Source: Pseudomonadota bacterium (GTDB lineage Bacteria > Pseudomonadota > Gammaproteobacteria > Burkholderiales > Burkholderiaceae_C). Taken from it: DNA of 31,090 nt. Under the pieces are notes generated by a model that worked only from the letters and a program-made list of their open reading frames with translations, was not told the DNA's origin and made no database searches. Of this stretch, positions 1 to 8,204 are shown in pieces; within the stretch, counting starts at the first letter, position 1, and every line of letters starts with the position of its first letter. The stretch covers positions 1 through 31,090 of the forward strand of contig JBEAWD010000191.1 in NCBI GenBank assembly GCA_041160585.1, read 5' to 3'. Made by a program: the position numbers and the translations under genes.

Positions 1-216
1 ACCAACGACTTCTTCGCTGCCTTCAATGCTCGGGTGCAGGCCGATGCGGCCGCGGCAGGAGAGCCGGTGCCGGCGCCGCCCGGCGCCGCTGACTCCGGTT
101 CAGTCGTGCCGCCGGATCCGACCACTGCGACGGGCGGCGCGGGCCTGCCCACGTGGGTGTGGATCGCCGGCGGAACTGCGCTGGCGGTACTGGCTGCGAT
201 CGCCCTGGGCCGCTGA
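1..216 (+). CDS. coxG: 3' end of a CoxG-like (SRPBCC) protein with a Pro/Ala linker and C-terminal membrane anchor; truncated by the window edge
   Basis: Frame 1 is open from base 1: TNDFFAAFNARVQA resembles the CoxG C-terminal helix, followed by a low-complexity linker and hydrophobic tail (WVWIAGGTALAVLAAIALGR). Only the tail is visible. Confidence 0.55.
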   Translation, partial: TNDFFAAFNARVQADAAAAGEPVPAPPGAADSGSVVPPDPTTATGGAGLPTWVWIAGGTALAVLAAIALGR

Positions 217-229
217 GGGTTGAATACCC

Positions 230-253
230 ACTTATGCATTTCTGAACATATCG
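230..253. promoter_or_regulatory. Possible ModE-like/AT-rich operator upstream of tupA
   Basis: ACTTATGCATTTCTGAACATATCG; the reverse strand reads CGATATGT-N8-GCATAAGT, a partial match to the ModE-type CGnTATAT-N8-ATATAnCG dyad. It lies upstream of a tungstate/molybdate-binding protein gene. Confidence 0.3.
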
Positions 254-320
254 CCAAGGCGTGAACGATTGCAAAGAATCCGGCCCCATTGCGTATTCCA
301 AAACACAAAGGAGCTGGTTC

Positions 321-1165
321 ATGTCGTTTCATCGCGCCCGTCGCCGTGTGGTTGGTCTTATGGCCACGGCCACCTTGGCCTGGCTGGCTTGGCACCCATC
401 GGTGCGCAAGCCCAGACCGGTCGTTTCATCGTGATGGCCTCCACCACCTCGACCGAACAGTCCGGCTTGTTCGCCCACCTGCTGCCGGCCTTCAAGCAGG
501 CCTCGGGCATCGACGTGCGGGTGGTGGCACTGGGCACCGGCCAGGCGCTGGACACCGGTCGTCGCGGCGACGCAGATGTGGTCTTCGTGCACGACCAGGC
601 GGCCGAAGAGAAGTTCGTCACTGAGGGTTTTGGCCTGAGGCGCCAAGCCGTGATGTACAACGACTTCATCCTGGTGGGCCCGAAGGGTGACCCAGCCGGC
701 GTGAAGGGCCGCGACATCGCCGAGGCCATGCGCAAGCTGGGTGCCAGCAAGGAAGGCTTCGTGTCGCGGGGCGACAAGAGCGGCACACATGCGGCGGAGC
801 TGCGTTACTGGAGGGCCGCGGGCGTGGACGTGGCGGCGACCAAACCCGCCGGCTACGCCGAGTGCGGCTGTGGCATGGGCCCGGCTCTCAATATTGCTGC
901 CTCCAAGAACTCCTATGTTCTGACCGACCGCGGCACCTGGTTGAACTTCAAGAACCGTGCAGACTTGGCCGTGTTGGTGGAAGGCGACCAGCGACTGTTC
1001 AACCAGTACGGTGTCATGGTGGTCAATCCGGCCAGACATGCCCATGTGAAGGCCGATCTGGCCCAGGCATTCGTCGATTGGGTGGTGTCACCGGCTGGTC
1101 AAGCCTCCATCGCGGGCTACAAGATCGGAGGCGAACAGCTGTTCTTCCCGAACGCCAAGCCCTGA
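321..1165 (+). CDS. tupA: Tungstate/molybdate ABC transporter substrate-binding protein TupA, with an apparent 1-base deletion at about 387 (frameshift or read error)
   Basis: Mature part has TupA hallmarks (ASTTSTEQSGL, GTGQAL, DVVFVH, FVSRGDKSGTH, GQGMG-like GCGMG, LTDRGTW). AAGGAG at 308-313 precedes ATG 321, whose frame encodes a signal peptide but is out of frame with the mature domain. Confidence 0.85.
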
Positions 1166-1194
1166 CGACGCAGCACCGGCAGACATCACACAGA

Positions 1195-3648
1195 TCACTC
1201 GCAAACGCCAGCCGGCGTTGCGCGACCCACCTTCAGACCAAGGTGGCTGGCCGAAACGCGCTCGGTGCCGGGAACGTTTCGGTGGATGGGGCGATTGACC
1301 AACTCGGCGCGGCCATCCGTGCCGCGCACCACCAAGGTACTGGTGCCGCCACCGTCCAGGTTGATGCCCTCGCTGGCGCCCAAGGACTTCAGCCAATGGG
1401 CCAGGTCGTGCAGCGTGGCGCCCAGGCTGTAGTCGAACTGTCGACCGTCGACCACGAGGAGCCACATCCACCGTCCGTCGGCTGAGACCCCCACGGCGGT
1501 GCGGGGGTGCACGGATGGCACCACGGCCTTGGGCGCCACATCGGCGCCTTCGCGCAGCACGATGTCGAATCCACCGACCGCGTTGTACACGCCACTGTCC
1601 GGAAAAGGCGGGGGCTGGATGCGGACACTGCCATCGTCCATCATCAACAGCGCCGGGTACTCCCGCGAAGGGCCAGACACGACACGGCCACGGCTGACCT
1701 GAAAACCCACCACATCGAGCAGTAGCCCCTCCTGCGCGACCACCGGGCCGAATGGTGCAGCGTTGATGGCCAGGTGCAGGCCGTGCTGCTCCAGAAAGGT
1801 GCTCGTCTTGACGCCGAGGGTCTCCGGCGTGTGGCGCCCCGGGGGTGCGATGGGTGCCTCGCCCGGCGCAGCCGCCGGGGTGGCCAGCCACTGCAGGCAC
1901 GGCATTCGAAGGTCTACGCGAGCCACATGCAGCACCGCCTGCCGCGGCACTTGCACCTGTATGCGGGCCAGGTCAACGCCGGGAAACCGTGTCGACCAAT
2001 CAGGCCTCAGGGCGAAGCCGTCCTCGCCAGAGGGCGCACCCGGCCGCAGCGGGACGCGCATGTCCTCACGCCGGTCCAGCAGCAGTTCAACGGATGTCCA
2101 AGGCTCGGTCAGCTCCACCGACAGCGGGCCGCGCTGCGGCTGACGGACCAATCGAATCTCCTGCCACGACCCGAAATTCTCAGTGCCGTCGGTGCCCTGG
2201 CGTTTGCCGATCAGACGGTAGCGGCCGGGTGGAAGATTCGGCGTGGTCCAAACGGTGGTGGTCGATGCGGCCGTGGGCTGCATGACCCACGGTGCCGGCC
2301 GCCAGCCGAGGGTAAAGCGCGGCGAGTGCGCTGGCCCCTGCCGTTCGTACCAATGCTTCAACTCCTGCGGATAGCGCTGCAACACACCTCGGCTGAACCA
2401 CAGGACGTGCCCGCCCTGCCCCAAACCATCAACCAACTCCATCGAACGACGCAACTGGTCCCAGGAAGAGTCGGGACCGTCGCCGACGACTCGGATGCCG
2501 GCCACCAACTCTGAAGGCCGGTAGGCGCTGCGGGCCTGCACCGCGGCTGTCTGTTCCCGCCAGGTGGCCTCAAAGGTTTCGTAGCTCGTTCGATAGGCCT
2601 GAGGGATCACTTCATCCCAATGCGGCACCACACGGCGTGCACCCTCGCTGCGAGGCAGCGTACCCCGCAGGCGGTCGGCCTCAGACCATGCCGTCCAGCG
2701 AGGCCAGTCCAGCAAGTGGTGTTGCCAGCTCCAGGGATAGACGGCCGGGCTCAGCGAAATCACAAGGCCCGGCCGACGGGCTCGAACCTCCTGCACGAAC
2801 CACCGTGCGTACTCGTCGATCTTGGATGCACGCCAGCGCATCCAGGCCGGATCGTTGTGGTCGTTCGGGGGCTGCGCGCCTCGATGCTCAGCGGCGTAGA
2901 CGCTGCGGGTGTAGTCGTCATAGCCCATGGTCACATGCGGCCAAACGATGCGGTCATCGAGTTGCACGCCGTCAAGATCGTAGCGATCGATGGCTTCGAG
3001 CACCAGGTCGAGCAGCAACTCCCTCGCACTTGGATGCAGTGGGTTAAGCCACACAAAACCGTTGGGCGCAATCTCACTGCCCTGCAGGTTCCGGCTGAGC
3101 CAATCCGGCTTGAGGCGGCGCAGGTGGTTCATGGTGGACTGATGCGCTGCCATGAAGCCGTATTCGAACCAGGCGATGGCCACCAGCCCCTGACGGTGAG
3201 CCTCGGTGACGGCTTCGTGCAAAAGGTCTCGCGCAGGCTGCGTGCGTGATGCAGGCGCATCCTTCGGGTCCTGCTCGATACCGCTTGGCCGTTGCGCTAC
3301 GCCGATGGCGCGGCGCAAGGCCTCCGAGGGAAACTGCGTGTAACCGTTCTTCCAAGCTTCGATGTAGACCGTGTTCAGTCCGATTTCACGCAGGCGCTGC
3401 ATGGTGCGCGCGGTGTTCTGCGGTGTGGACAGTGCATCGTTGGCGGTGGTGGTGAGCCAGGTGCCGCGCACCTGGGGACGACTGGCCGGCGAGGTGGCGG
3501 GCTGGGCAGATGGGCTTGTGGACAGCGGGGCCTCAGCCGTCTGGGAACGGGCAGTGCTTGCCCACAGAATGGCCAACAGGCACAAGACTGCGCCATGGGC
3601 CGCCCAAAGAAGGACAAACCGCCGGGAGTTTGGGAGTCGCCGCATCAT
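1195..3648 (-). CDS. Exported two-enzyme fusion: N-terminal GHL10 (YddW/DigH-like) glycoside hydrolase plus C-terminal NAGPA-type phosphodiester glycosidase
   Basis: Signal-like N-terminus (MMRRLPNSRRFVLLW...). GHL10 motifs: RGTWLTT, EAHRQGL, WFEYGF, YDLDGVQLDD. NAGPA/DUF2233 motifs: AINAAPF, HPRTAVG, LVVDGRQ, NLDGGGTS. Start placed at ATG 3648; the longer ORF overlaps the divergent gene's start region. Confidence 0.8.
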   Translation of the reverse strand: MMRRLPNSRRFVLLWAAHGAVLCLLAILWASTARSQTAEAPLSTSPSAQPATSPASRPQVRGTWLTTTANDALSTPQNTARTMQRLREIGLNTVYIEAWKNGYTQFPSEALRRAIGVAQRPSGIEQDPKDAPASRTQPARDLLHEAVTEAHRQGLVAIAWFEYGFMAAHQSTMNHLRRLKPDWLSRNLQGSEIAPNGFVWLNPLHPSARELLLDLVLEAIDRYDLDGVQLDDRIVWPHVTMGYDDYTRSVYAAEHRGAQPPNDHNDPAWMRWRASKIDEYARWFVQEVRARRPGLVISLSPAVYPWSWQHHLLDWPRWTAWSEADRLRGTLPRSEGARRVVPHWDEVIPQAYRTSYETFEATWREQTAAVQARSAYRPSELVAGIRVVGDGPDSSWDQLRRSMELVDGLGQGGHVLWFSRGVLQRYPQELKHWYERQGPAHSPRFTLGWRPAPWVMQPTAASTTTVWTTPNLPPGRYRLIGKRQGTDGTENFGSWQEIRLVRQPQRGPLSVELTEPWTSVELLLDRREDMRVPLRPGAPSGEDGFALRPDWSTRFPGVDLARIQVQVPRQAVLHVARVDLRMPCLQWLATPAAAPGEAPIAPPGRHTPETLGVKTSTFLEQHGLHLAINAAPFGPVVAQEGLLLDVVGFQVSRGRVVSGPSREYPALLMMDDGSVRIQPPPFPDSGVYNAVGGFDIVLREGADVAPKAVVPSVHPRTAVGVSADGRWMWLLVVDGRQFDYSLGATLHDLAHWLKSLGASEGINLDGGGTSTLVVRGTDGRAELVNRPIHRNVPGTERVSASHLGLKVGRATPAGVCE

Positions 3649-3735
3649 CGAGGTCACCGTTTGCGGATGGTATCCGTCGCATCGCCCAGGCACCGGCCCT
3701 TTGCAAGGAGAATGGAGATTCACTTCGAGAAGTCC

Positions 3736-4764
3736 ATGCATCCCATCTCCCACATGCGACGCGAGGCCTTGCAGTCAGCGTCGGTGGTGGCCGAACTCCT
3801 GCAACAGGATGACGCCACGCTGAACACCCTGACGGCTTACCTCCAGCGCCGCGCACCGCCACACATCGTCACCATCGCCCGCGGCAGCAGCGACCACGCA
3901 GCAGCCTTTTTTGCCTACCTGTGCATGCTGCGAATGGGGCGCTACGTCACCTCTGTGCCGCCTTCCCTGCTGAGCCTGCATCAGGCACCGCTTCAGCGCT
4001 CGGGAACGCTGGCCCTGGCCTTCTCTCAAAGCGGACGCAGTCCCGACCTGGTCACGGCCACTGCCTACTTCAGCGGACCGGACAGCCACAGCGTGGCCCT
4101 GGTCAATGATGCGGCCTCGCCCCTGGCCCAACAGGCCCAGACGGTTCTGCCGCTGCACGCAGGTACCGAAGTCAGCGTGGCGGCCACCAAGAGCTTCATC
4201 GCCCAGCTGGTGGCGGGCGCCCGGCTGCTGGCCGTGTGGCAGGGCGACACCACGCTGCAGACTGCACTGGCGCAACTGCCCACCTCGCTGGAGGTGGCTG
4301 CGCAGCAAGACTGGGGTGAGGCCGTACAGGCCTTCAGCACAGTGGATCGCCTCATGGTGGTCAGCCGCGGCACCGGGATGGCCGTGGCGCTGGAGGCCGC
4401 GCTGAAGTTCAAGGAGACCTGCGGCATCCAGGCTGAAACGTTTTCCTGTGCCGAGTTGCGGCATGGGCCGATGGCCCTGATCGACCAAGGCTACCCGCTG
4501 CTGATTCTGGCCCCACGGGGACCTGCGCAGGCCGAAATGCGAGCCCTGGCCGCGGAGATGCGCGCACGAGGCGCACGCGTGCTCTTGGCCGCCTGCGGAG
4601 ATCCACAGCGCGATGAGTTGCCCGCCACCACTGCAGCCCATCCGGATCTCGACCCGGTGTGCCTGATCCAGTCTTTCTACCTGATGGTCGAGGCGCTCTC
4701 GCGCAATCGGGGACGCAACCCCGACCAGCCGAGTTTCCTGTCGAAGGTCACGCTCACGAATTGA
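3736..4764 (+). CDS. SIS-domain glucosamine-6-phosphate deaminase (NagB-II/GlmS C-terminal-like)
   Basis: ARGSSDHAA, SQSGRSPDL, SVAATKSF, EAALKFKET, ELRHGP, LSKVTLT motifs of stand-alone double-SIS deaminases. No glutaminase domain. ATG 3736 follows GAGAAG. Confidence 0.85.
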   Translation: MHPISHMRREALQSASVVAELLQQDDATLNTLTAYLQRRAPPHIVTIARGSSDHAAAFFAYLCMLRMGRYVTSVPPSLLSLHQAPLQRSGTLALAFSQSGRSPDLVTATAYFSGPDSHSVALVNDAASPLAQQAQTVLPLHAGTEVSVAATKSFIAQLVAGARLLAVWQGDTTLQTALAQLPTSLEVAAQQDWGEAVQAFSTVDRLMVVSRGTGMAVALEAALKFKETCGIQAETFSCAELRHGPMALIDQGYPLLILAPRGPAQAEMRALAAEMRARGARVLLAACGDPQRDELPATTAAHPDLDPVCLIQSFYLMVEALSRNRGRNPDQPSFLSKVTLTN

Positions 4765-4785
4765 GTACGGGCTTCAGTCGAGGCC

Positions 4786-6249
4786 TCACGCGGCGTTCGA
4801 CGTCACTTGCGGGGGCTTGGAAATGATCCACAGCCCCGCGAACACCAGGGCGCCATTGAGCAGCAGCAACTCCAGTCCAATCCGCCAGGTCTCGAAGATC
4901 ATCGGCTGCAGCGCATCCAGTACCCCGCAGGCCACCGGTGCGAGCACGGTCATCAGGGGAACCCACCGGTCGCGCACGCGCCGCCTTGTCCACCAACCAA
5001 AGGCAAATAGGCCCAACAGGGGCCCATAGGTGTAGCTGGCCACCTTCAGGATTAGGCCGATCATGCTGGGGTCGTCCAACCAGCGAAACCCCATCACCAG
5101 CAGAAGGAAGACCGCCGCGTAGGCCAGGTGCACCCGCTTGCGGACGGACTCCTGCTGGGCCGCGCTCCAATCGGTGCGTCGCGCAAAGGACATGAGGTCG
5201 TTGCAGGTGGACGAGGTCAGTGCCGTCAGAGCCCCGTCGGCACTGGGAAACAAGGCAGAGATCAAGGCGAGTATGAAGATCACCTGCACGTAGTCCGGCA
5301 GGTGTCCCATCACGACGGCGGGAAACAGCCGGTCGCCCCGCTCGGCGATGCCCGCCTGCTGCGCGAACAGCATCAACAGTCCGCCCAGGAACAGAAAGGC
5401 CAGCACCACCACCGACATGGCCGTGGCCATGCACACCATGTTGAGCTGTGAGCCTCTGAGGGTGCGCACCGAGATGTTCTTCTGCATCATCTCCTGGTCC
5501 ATGCCCGTCATGGCAATCGCAATGGCCGCACCCGCCAGCAACTGTTTGAGCCAGTACTCTTTGGCCGCCGGCTCCGTTCCCCATACCCGAGCCAGGCCCT
5601 GCTCCTGCATCTGAGTCAGTGCCTGAAGTCCGGAGATGTCCAGGGCCTGCAGAATGAAGACGATGCACGCGCCCAGGCCGAAGAGCATGCCAGCCGTCTG
5701 CAGCGTGTCGGTCCACACGATGGTCTTGACGCCACCGCGCCAGGTGTAGAGCAGGATCATGGCCACCATCACCGTGGCGGTCATGCCGAATGAGAGCCCC
5801 AAGCGCTCCAGGATCACGTCCTGCAGGATGCGCACCACCAGATACAGGCGCGCGGTGGCACCCAACGTTCGCGACAGGATGAAGAAACCGGCCGCCATGC
5901 GCAGTGCTGATGGCCCAAGGCGATCTTCTATCCAGCCGTAGATGGACACCAGACCCAGCCGGTAGTACAGCGGCAGCAACACCCAAGCGACCACCGCATA
6001 GCCCAGCAGGTGGCCCATCATGATCTGCCAGTAGGAAAAGCCACTGGCCCCCACCGCACCGGGCACGCTGATGAAGGTCACCCCCGACAGCGAGGTACCG
6101 ATCATGCCGAAGGCCACCAGCGGCCACGCGCTGTTGCGGTTGCCGACGAAGAACGATTGGTTGTCGGCGCCCTCGGATGTCCGCCACGCCACGGCGAATA
6201 ACAGGGCGAAGTACAAGAGCACACAGGTGAACAGCACCCACGGATTCAA
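4786..6249 (-). CDS. Sodium:solute symporter (SSS family), candidate amino-sugar importer
   Basis: About 13 hydrophobic segments; FFVGNR, SGVTFISVPG, GGVKTIVWTD, DQEMMQK, SADGAL SSS motifs. TTG start. Confidence 0.85.
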   Translation of the reverse strand: MNPWVLFTCVLLYFALLFAVAWRTSEGADNQSFFVGNRNSAWPLVAFGMIGTSLSGVTFISVPGAVGASGFSYWQIMMGHLLGYAVVAWVLLPLYYRLGLVSIYGWIEDRLGPSALRMAAGFFILSRTLGATARLYLVVRILQDVILERLGLSFGMTATVMVAMILLYTWRGGVKTIVWTDTLQTAGMLFGLGACIVFILQALDISGLQALTQMQEQGLARVWGTEPAAKEYWLKQLLAGAAIAIAMTGMDQEMMQKNISVRTLRGSQLNMVCMATAMSVVVLAFLFLGGLLMLFAQQAGIAERGDRLFPAVVMGHLPDYVQVIFILALISALFPSADGALTALTSSTCNDLMSFARRTDWSAAQQESVRKRVHLAYAAVFLLLVMGFRWLDDPSMIGLILKVASYTYGPLLGLFAFGWWTRRRVRDRWVPLMTVLAPVACGVLDALQPMIFETWRIGLELLLLNGALVFAGLWIISKPPQVTSNAA

Positions 6250-6289
6250 GTCAGCTCCCGCGAAAGCTCAACCATCCGAAACCGAACAC

Positions 6290-7249
6290 TCAGCCGCGCT
6301 GCACGCTTTGGCGGGCTAGCACCCGCCCACTGAGGTAGGTCCACACGAAGTGCGCGGCGGCCTGGCTGGTCAGTTCAGCGTGGTCATATGGCGGACTCAC
6401 CTCGACGCAGTCCATCCCCACGAAGTTCAGGTCGGCCCAGCCTTCCAGCAGCGTCATCACCTGCGCCGTGCTCAAGCCCGCTGGCTCGGGTGTGCCGGTT
6501 CCCGGCGCGTGCGCGGGGTCCAGGCAGTCGATGTCCAGCGTCAGGTACAGGGGTGGATGGCCCGACGCGGCCATGCGCTGGCGAACGGCCTCGATCACTT
6601 CGCTCAACTGCCCCGCACCTTCAAGCCCACGCAGTGTCCTTGCCTCATACAGCAAGCCCCCCTCGGTGCGCACGCGCTCGCGCACGCCACGCTCGGCGGC
6701 ACTGCGGATGCCGATCTGCACCACGCACTCGGGGCGAACCAGTCCCTGCTCGAATGCCTCGTGCAGCCAAGTGCCATGGCCGCTGGGTTCACCGAAATGG
6801 TCGTGCCAGGTGTCGCAATGCGCGTCGAAATGGATCAGCGCAAGGGGCTGCCCCACGCGTTCTCGATAGGCCTGCAGCAGCGGCAGGGTCACCGAATGAT
6901 CACCGCCCAACCACACCATGTGCCGTTGCGCAATCAACTCCCGCACCTGAGGCAGCATGGCCTGCCGCATAGCCGCCAGCGAGGTGTTGGGCATCACCAG
7001 GTCGCCATGGTCTTGCAGATGATCCAGAGGCGATACGTCAAAAAAGGGATGAATCCCGTCACACAACATGTGGCTGGCCTGGCGGATGGCGCCAGGCCCA
7101 TGGCGCGCACCACTGCGGTTGGTGACTGAACCATCCCACGGCAATCCGGCAAGCCCGAACGGCGCCGATTCGGCGGCCGCGCGGCCAAGGGGCGAGATGG
7201 CCGGCCGTGCACGCATGAAGGTGGTTTGACTGGAGTAGGGAAACATCAT
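6290..7249 (-). CDS. speB: Agmatinase / ureohydrolase family
   Basis: GLPWDGSVTNRSGARHGP, GGDHSVT, DAHCD, HGT, DIDCLDP, PGTGTP, DCVEVSP: full arginase-family di-metal ligand set. Confidence 0.85.
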   Translation of the reverse strand: MMFPYSSQTTFMRARPAISPLGRAAAESAPFGLAGLPWDGSVTNRSGARHGPGAIRQASHMLCDGIHPFFDVSPLDHLQDHGDLVMPNTSLAAMRQAMLPQVRELIAQRHMVWLGGDHSVTLPLLQAYRERVGQPLALIHFDAHCDTWHDHFGEPSGHGTWLHEAFEQGLVRPECVVQIGIRSAAERGVRERVRTEGGLLYEARTLRGLEGAGQLSEVIEAVRQRMAASGHPPLYLTLDIDCLDPAHAPGTGTPEPAGLSTAQVMTLLEGWADLNFVGMDCVEVSPPYDHAELTSQAAAHFVWTYLSGRVLARQSVQRG

Positions 7250-7280
7250 TCAGACAGGCGCAGGCCCGTGGTACTTGCGT

Positions 7281-8204
7281 TCATTCGGCACTCCACAATT
7301 CCCGAGCGCGATGTGCCGCGGCAAGGGAAGGTTCAATCTGCTTCAACTCCAAAGGGCAATCCTCGGGCAAGCCCGCGCGCACGCCCTGGCCCACCAGAGG
7401 GTGCAGCAACAGCACGCGCCCTGAGGCTACCACTGGCCTGGGCCCGAAGCGGCGATGCAGCACCGCACCCAAGCGGCCGATTTCCACACCGGCGCGCCGC
7501 AACAAGGAAGCGGCTTCAGCGTCACCCAAGTCAGCCGCTTCGGCCACTGCCAATGCCAGGCGGCCCACCTCGCCGCGCTCGCGGCCATAGATGAACTGCC
7601 GCGTGCTGGCCCAGTCGGTTCCGCCCATTCGCGCGAACAGGCAGCGCGCCATGGGGCTCTCCACCCACTGCCCAGGCCAGTCGTCCTCGCGCCGCCAGAT
7701 GGTGGCCAGGGCCTGCTTGGCGATCCAGTAGCCACCGCCTTCATCGCCCAACACAAAGCCGCGGCCACCGGCTCGGTGCCACACGCCCGCCTCGTCGATG
7801 TAGGAGGCGATCGAGCCGGTGCCCGCATACACCAGGTAGCCGCCACCGGGCTCATGCGCGGCGCGAAAGGCGATGTCCATGTCGCTGTGGCATTGGACGC
7901 AGGCCGCCGGTGCACACAGGGCGCGGGCCAACATCCCCGCCAGCTCCAAGGACGGTGCAGCCCGCGGTTCGCTCACACCGGTCACGCCTGCATACACGCC
8001 GCCCACCGTGCTGGGCGACAACTGCTGCGCAAGGGAAGATTGCAGTTCGTCCAGGGCCCGTGACAACTGCAGCCGACCCGCCGGGCTGGACAGGTTCATG
8101 CCGCTGAAACCCGTCACCTGCGCCTGCGCCTGGACCCGACCACCGGTGTCCACGGCCGTCCATCGGCACGCGGTGCCGCCGGCATCCAGCCCGATGAAGA
8201 TCAC
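7281..8204 (-). CDS. BadF/BadG/BcrA/BcrD-family N-acetylamino-sugar kinase (NagK- or MurK-like)
   Basis: IGLDAGGT phosphate-1 motif, SDMDIA, AGTGSI, RAGGRGFVLGDEGGGYWI. GTG 8204 overlaps the upstream stop (GTGA). Confidence 0.85.
   Translation of the reverse strand: MIFIGLDAGGTACRWTAVDTGGRVQAQAQVTGFSGMNLSSPAGRLQLSRALDELQSSLAQQLSPSTVGGVYAGVTGVSEPRAAPSLELAGMLARALCAPAACVQCHSDMDIAFRAAHEPGGGYLVYAGTGSIASYIDEAGVWHRAGGRGFVLGDEGGGYWIAKQALATIWRREDDWPGQWVESPMARCLFARMGGTDWASTRQFIYGRERGEVGRLALAVAEAADLGDAEAASLLRRAGVEIGRLGAVLHRRFGPRPVVASGRVLLLHPLVGQGVRAGLPEDCPLELKQIEPSLAAAHRARELWSAE

Noticed and set aside
258-275. Sigma54-like GG...TTGCA upstream of tupA, and a similar one at about 3683-3696
   Set aside because: GG-to-GC spacing is 11 and 12 nt; sigma54 requires 10.
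3292-3735. Long N-terminal extensions in the ORF track (SIS, kinase 8684, spmAB 12756, murQ 25432, ldcA 20171)
   Set aside because: They overlap neighbouring genes; family homology begins at the later starts used here.
4754-6241. 495-aa alternative-frame ORF over the SSS gene, and similar long shadows (9376..10641, 13026..14549, 15922..17562, 18662..19801, 24252..25391)
   Set aside because: Expected in high-GC DNA with few stop codons; each fully overlaps a gene with clear family motifs.
7250-7280. Guanidine riboswitch ahead of the agmatinase
   Set aside because: Only 31 nt of intergenic space and no recognisable motif.
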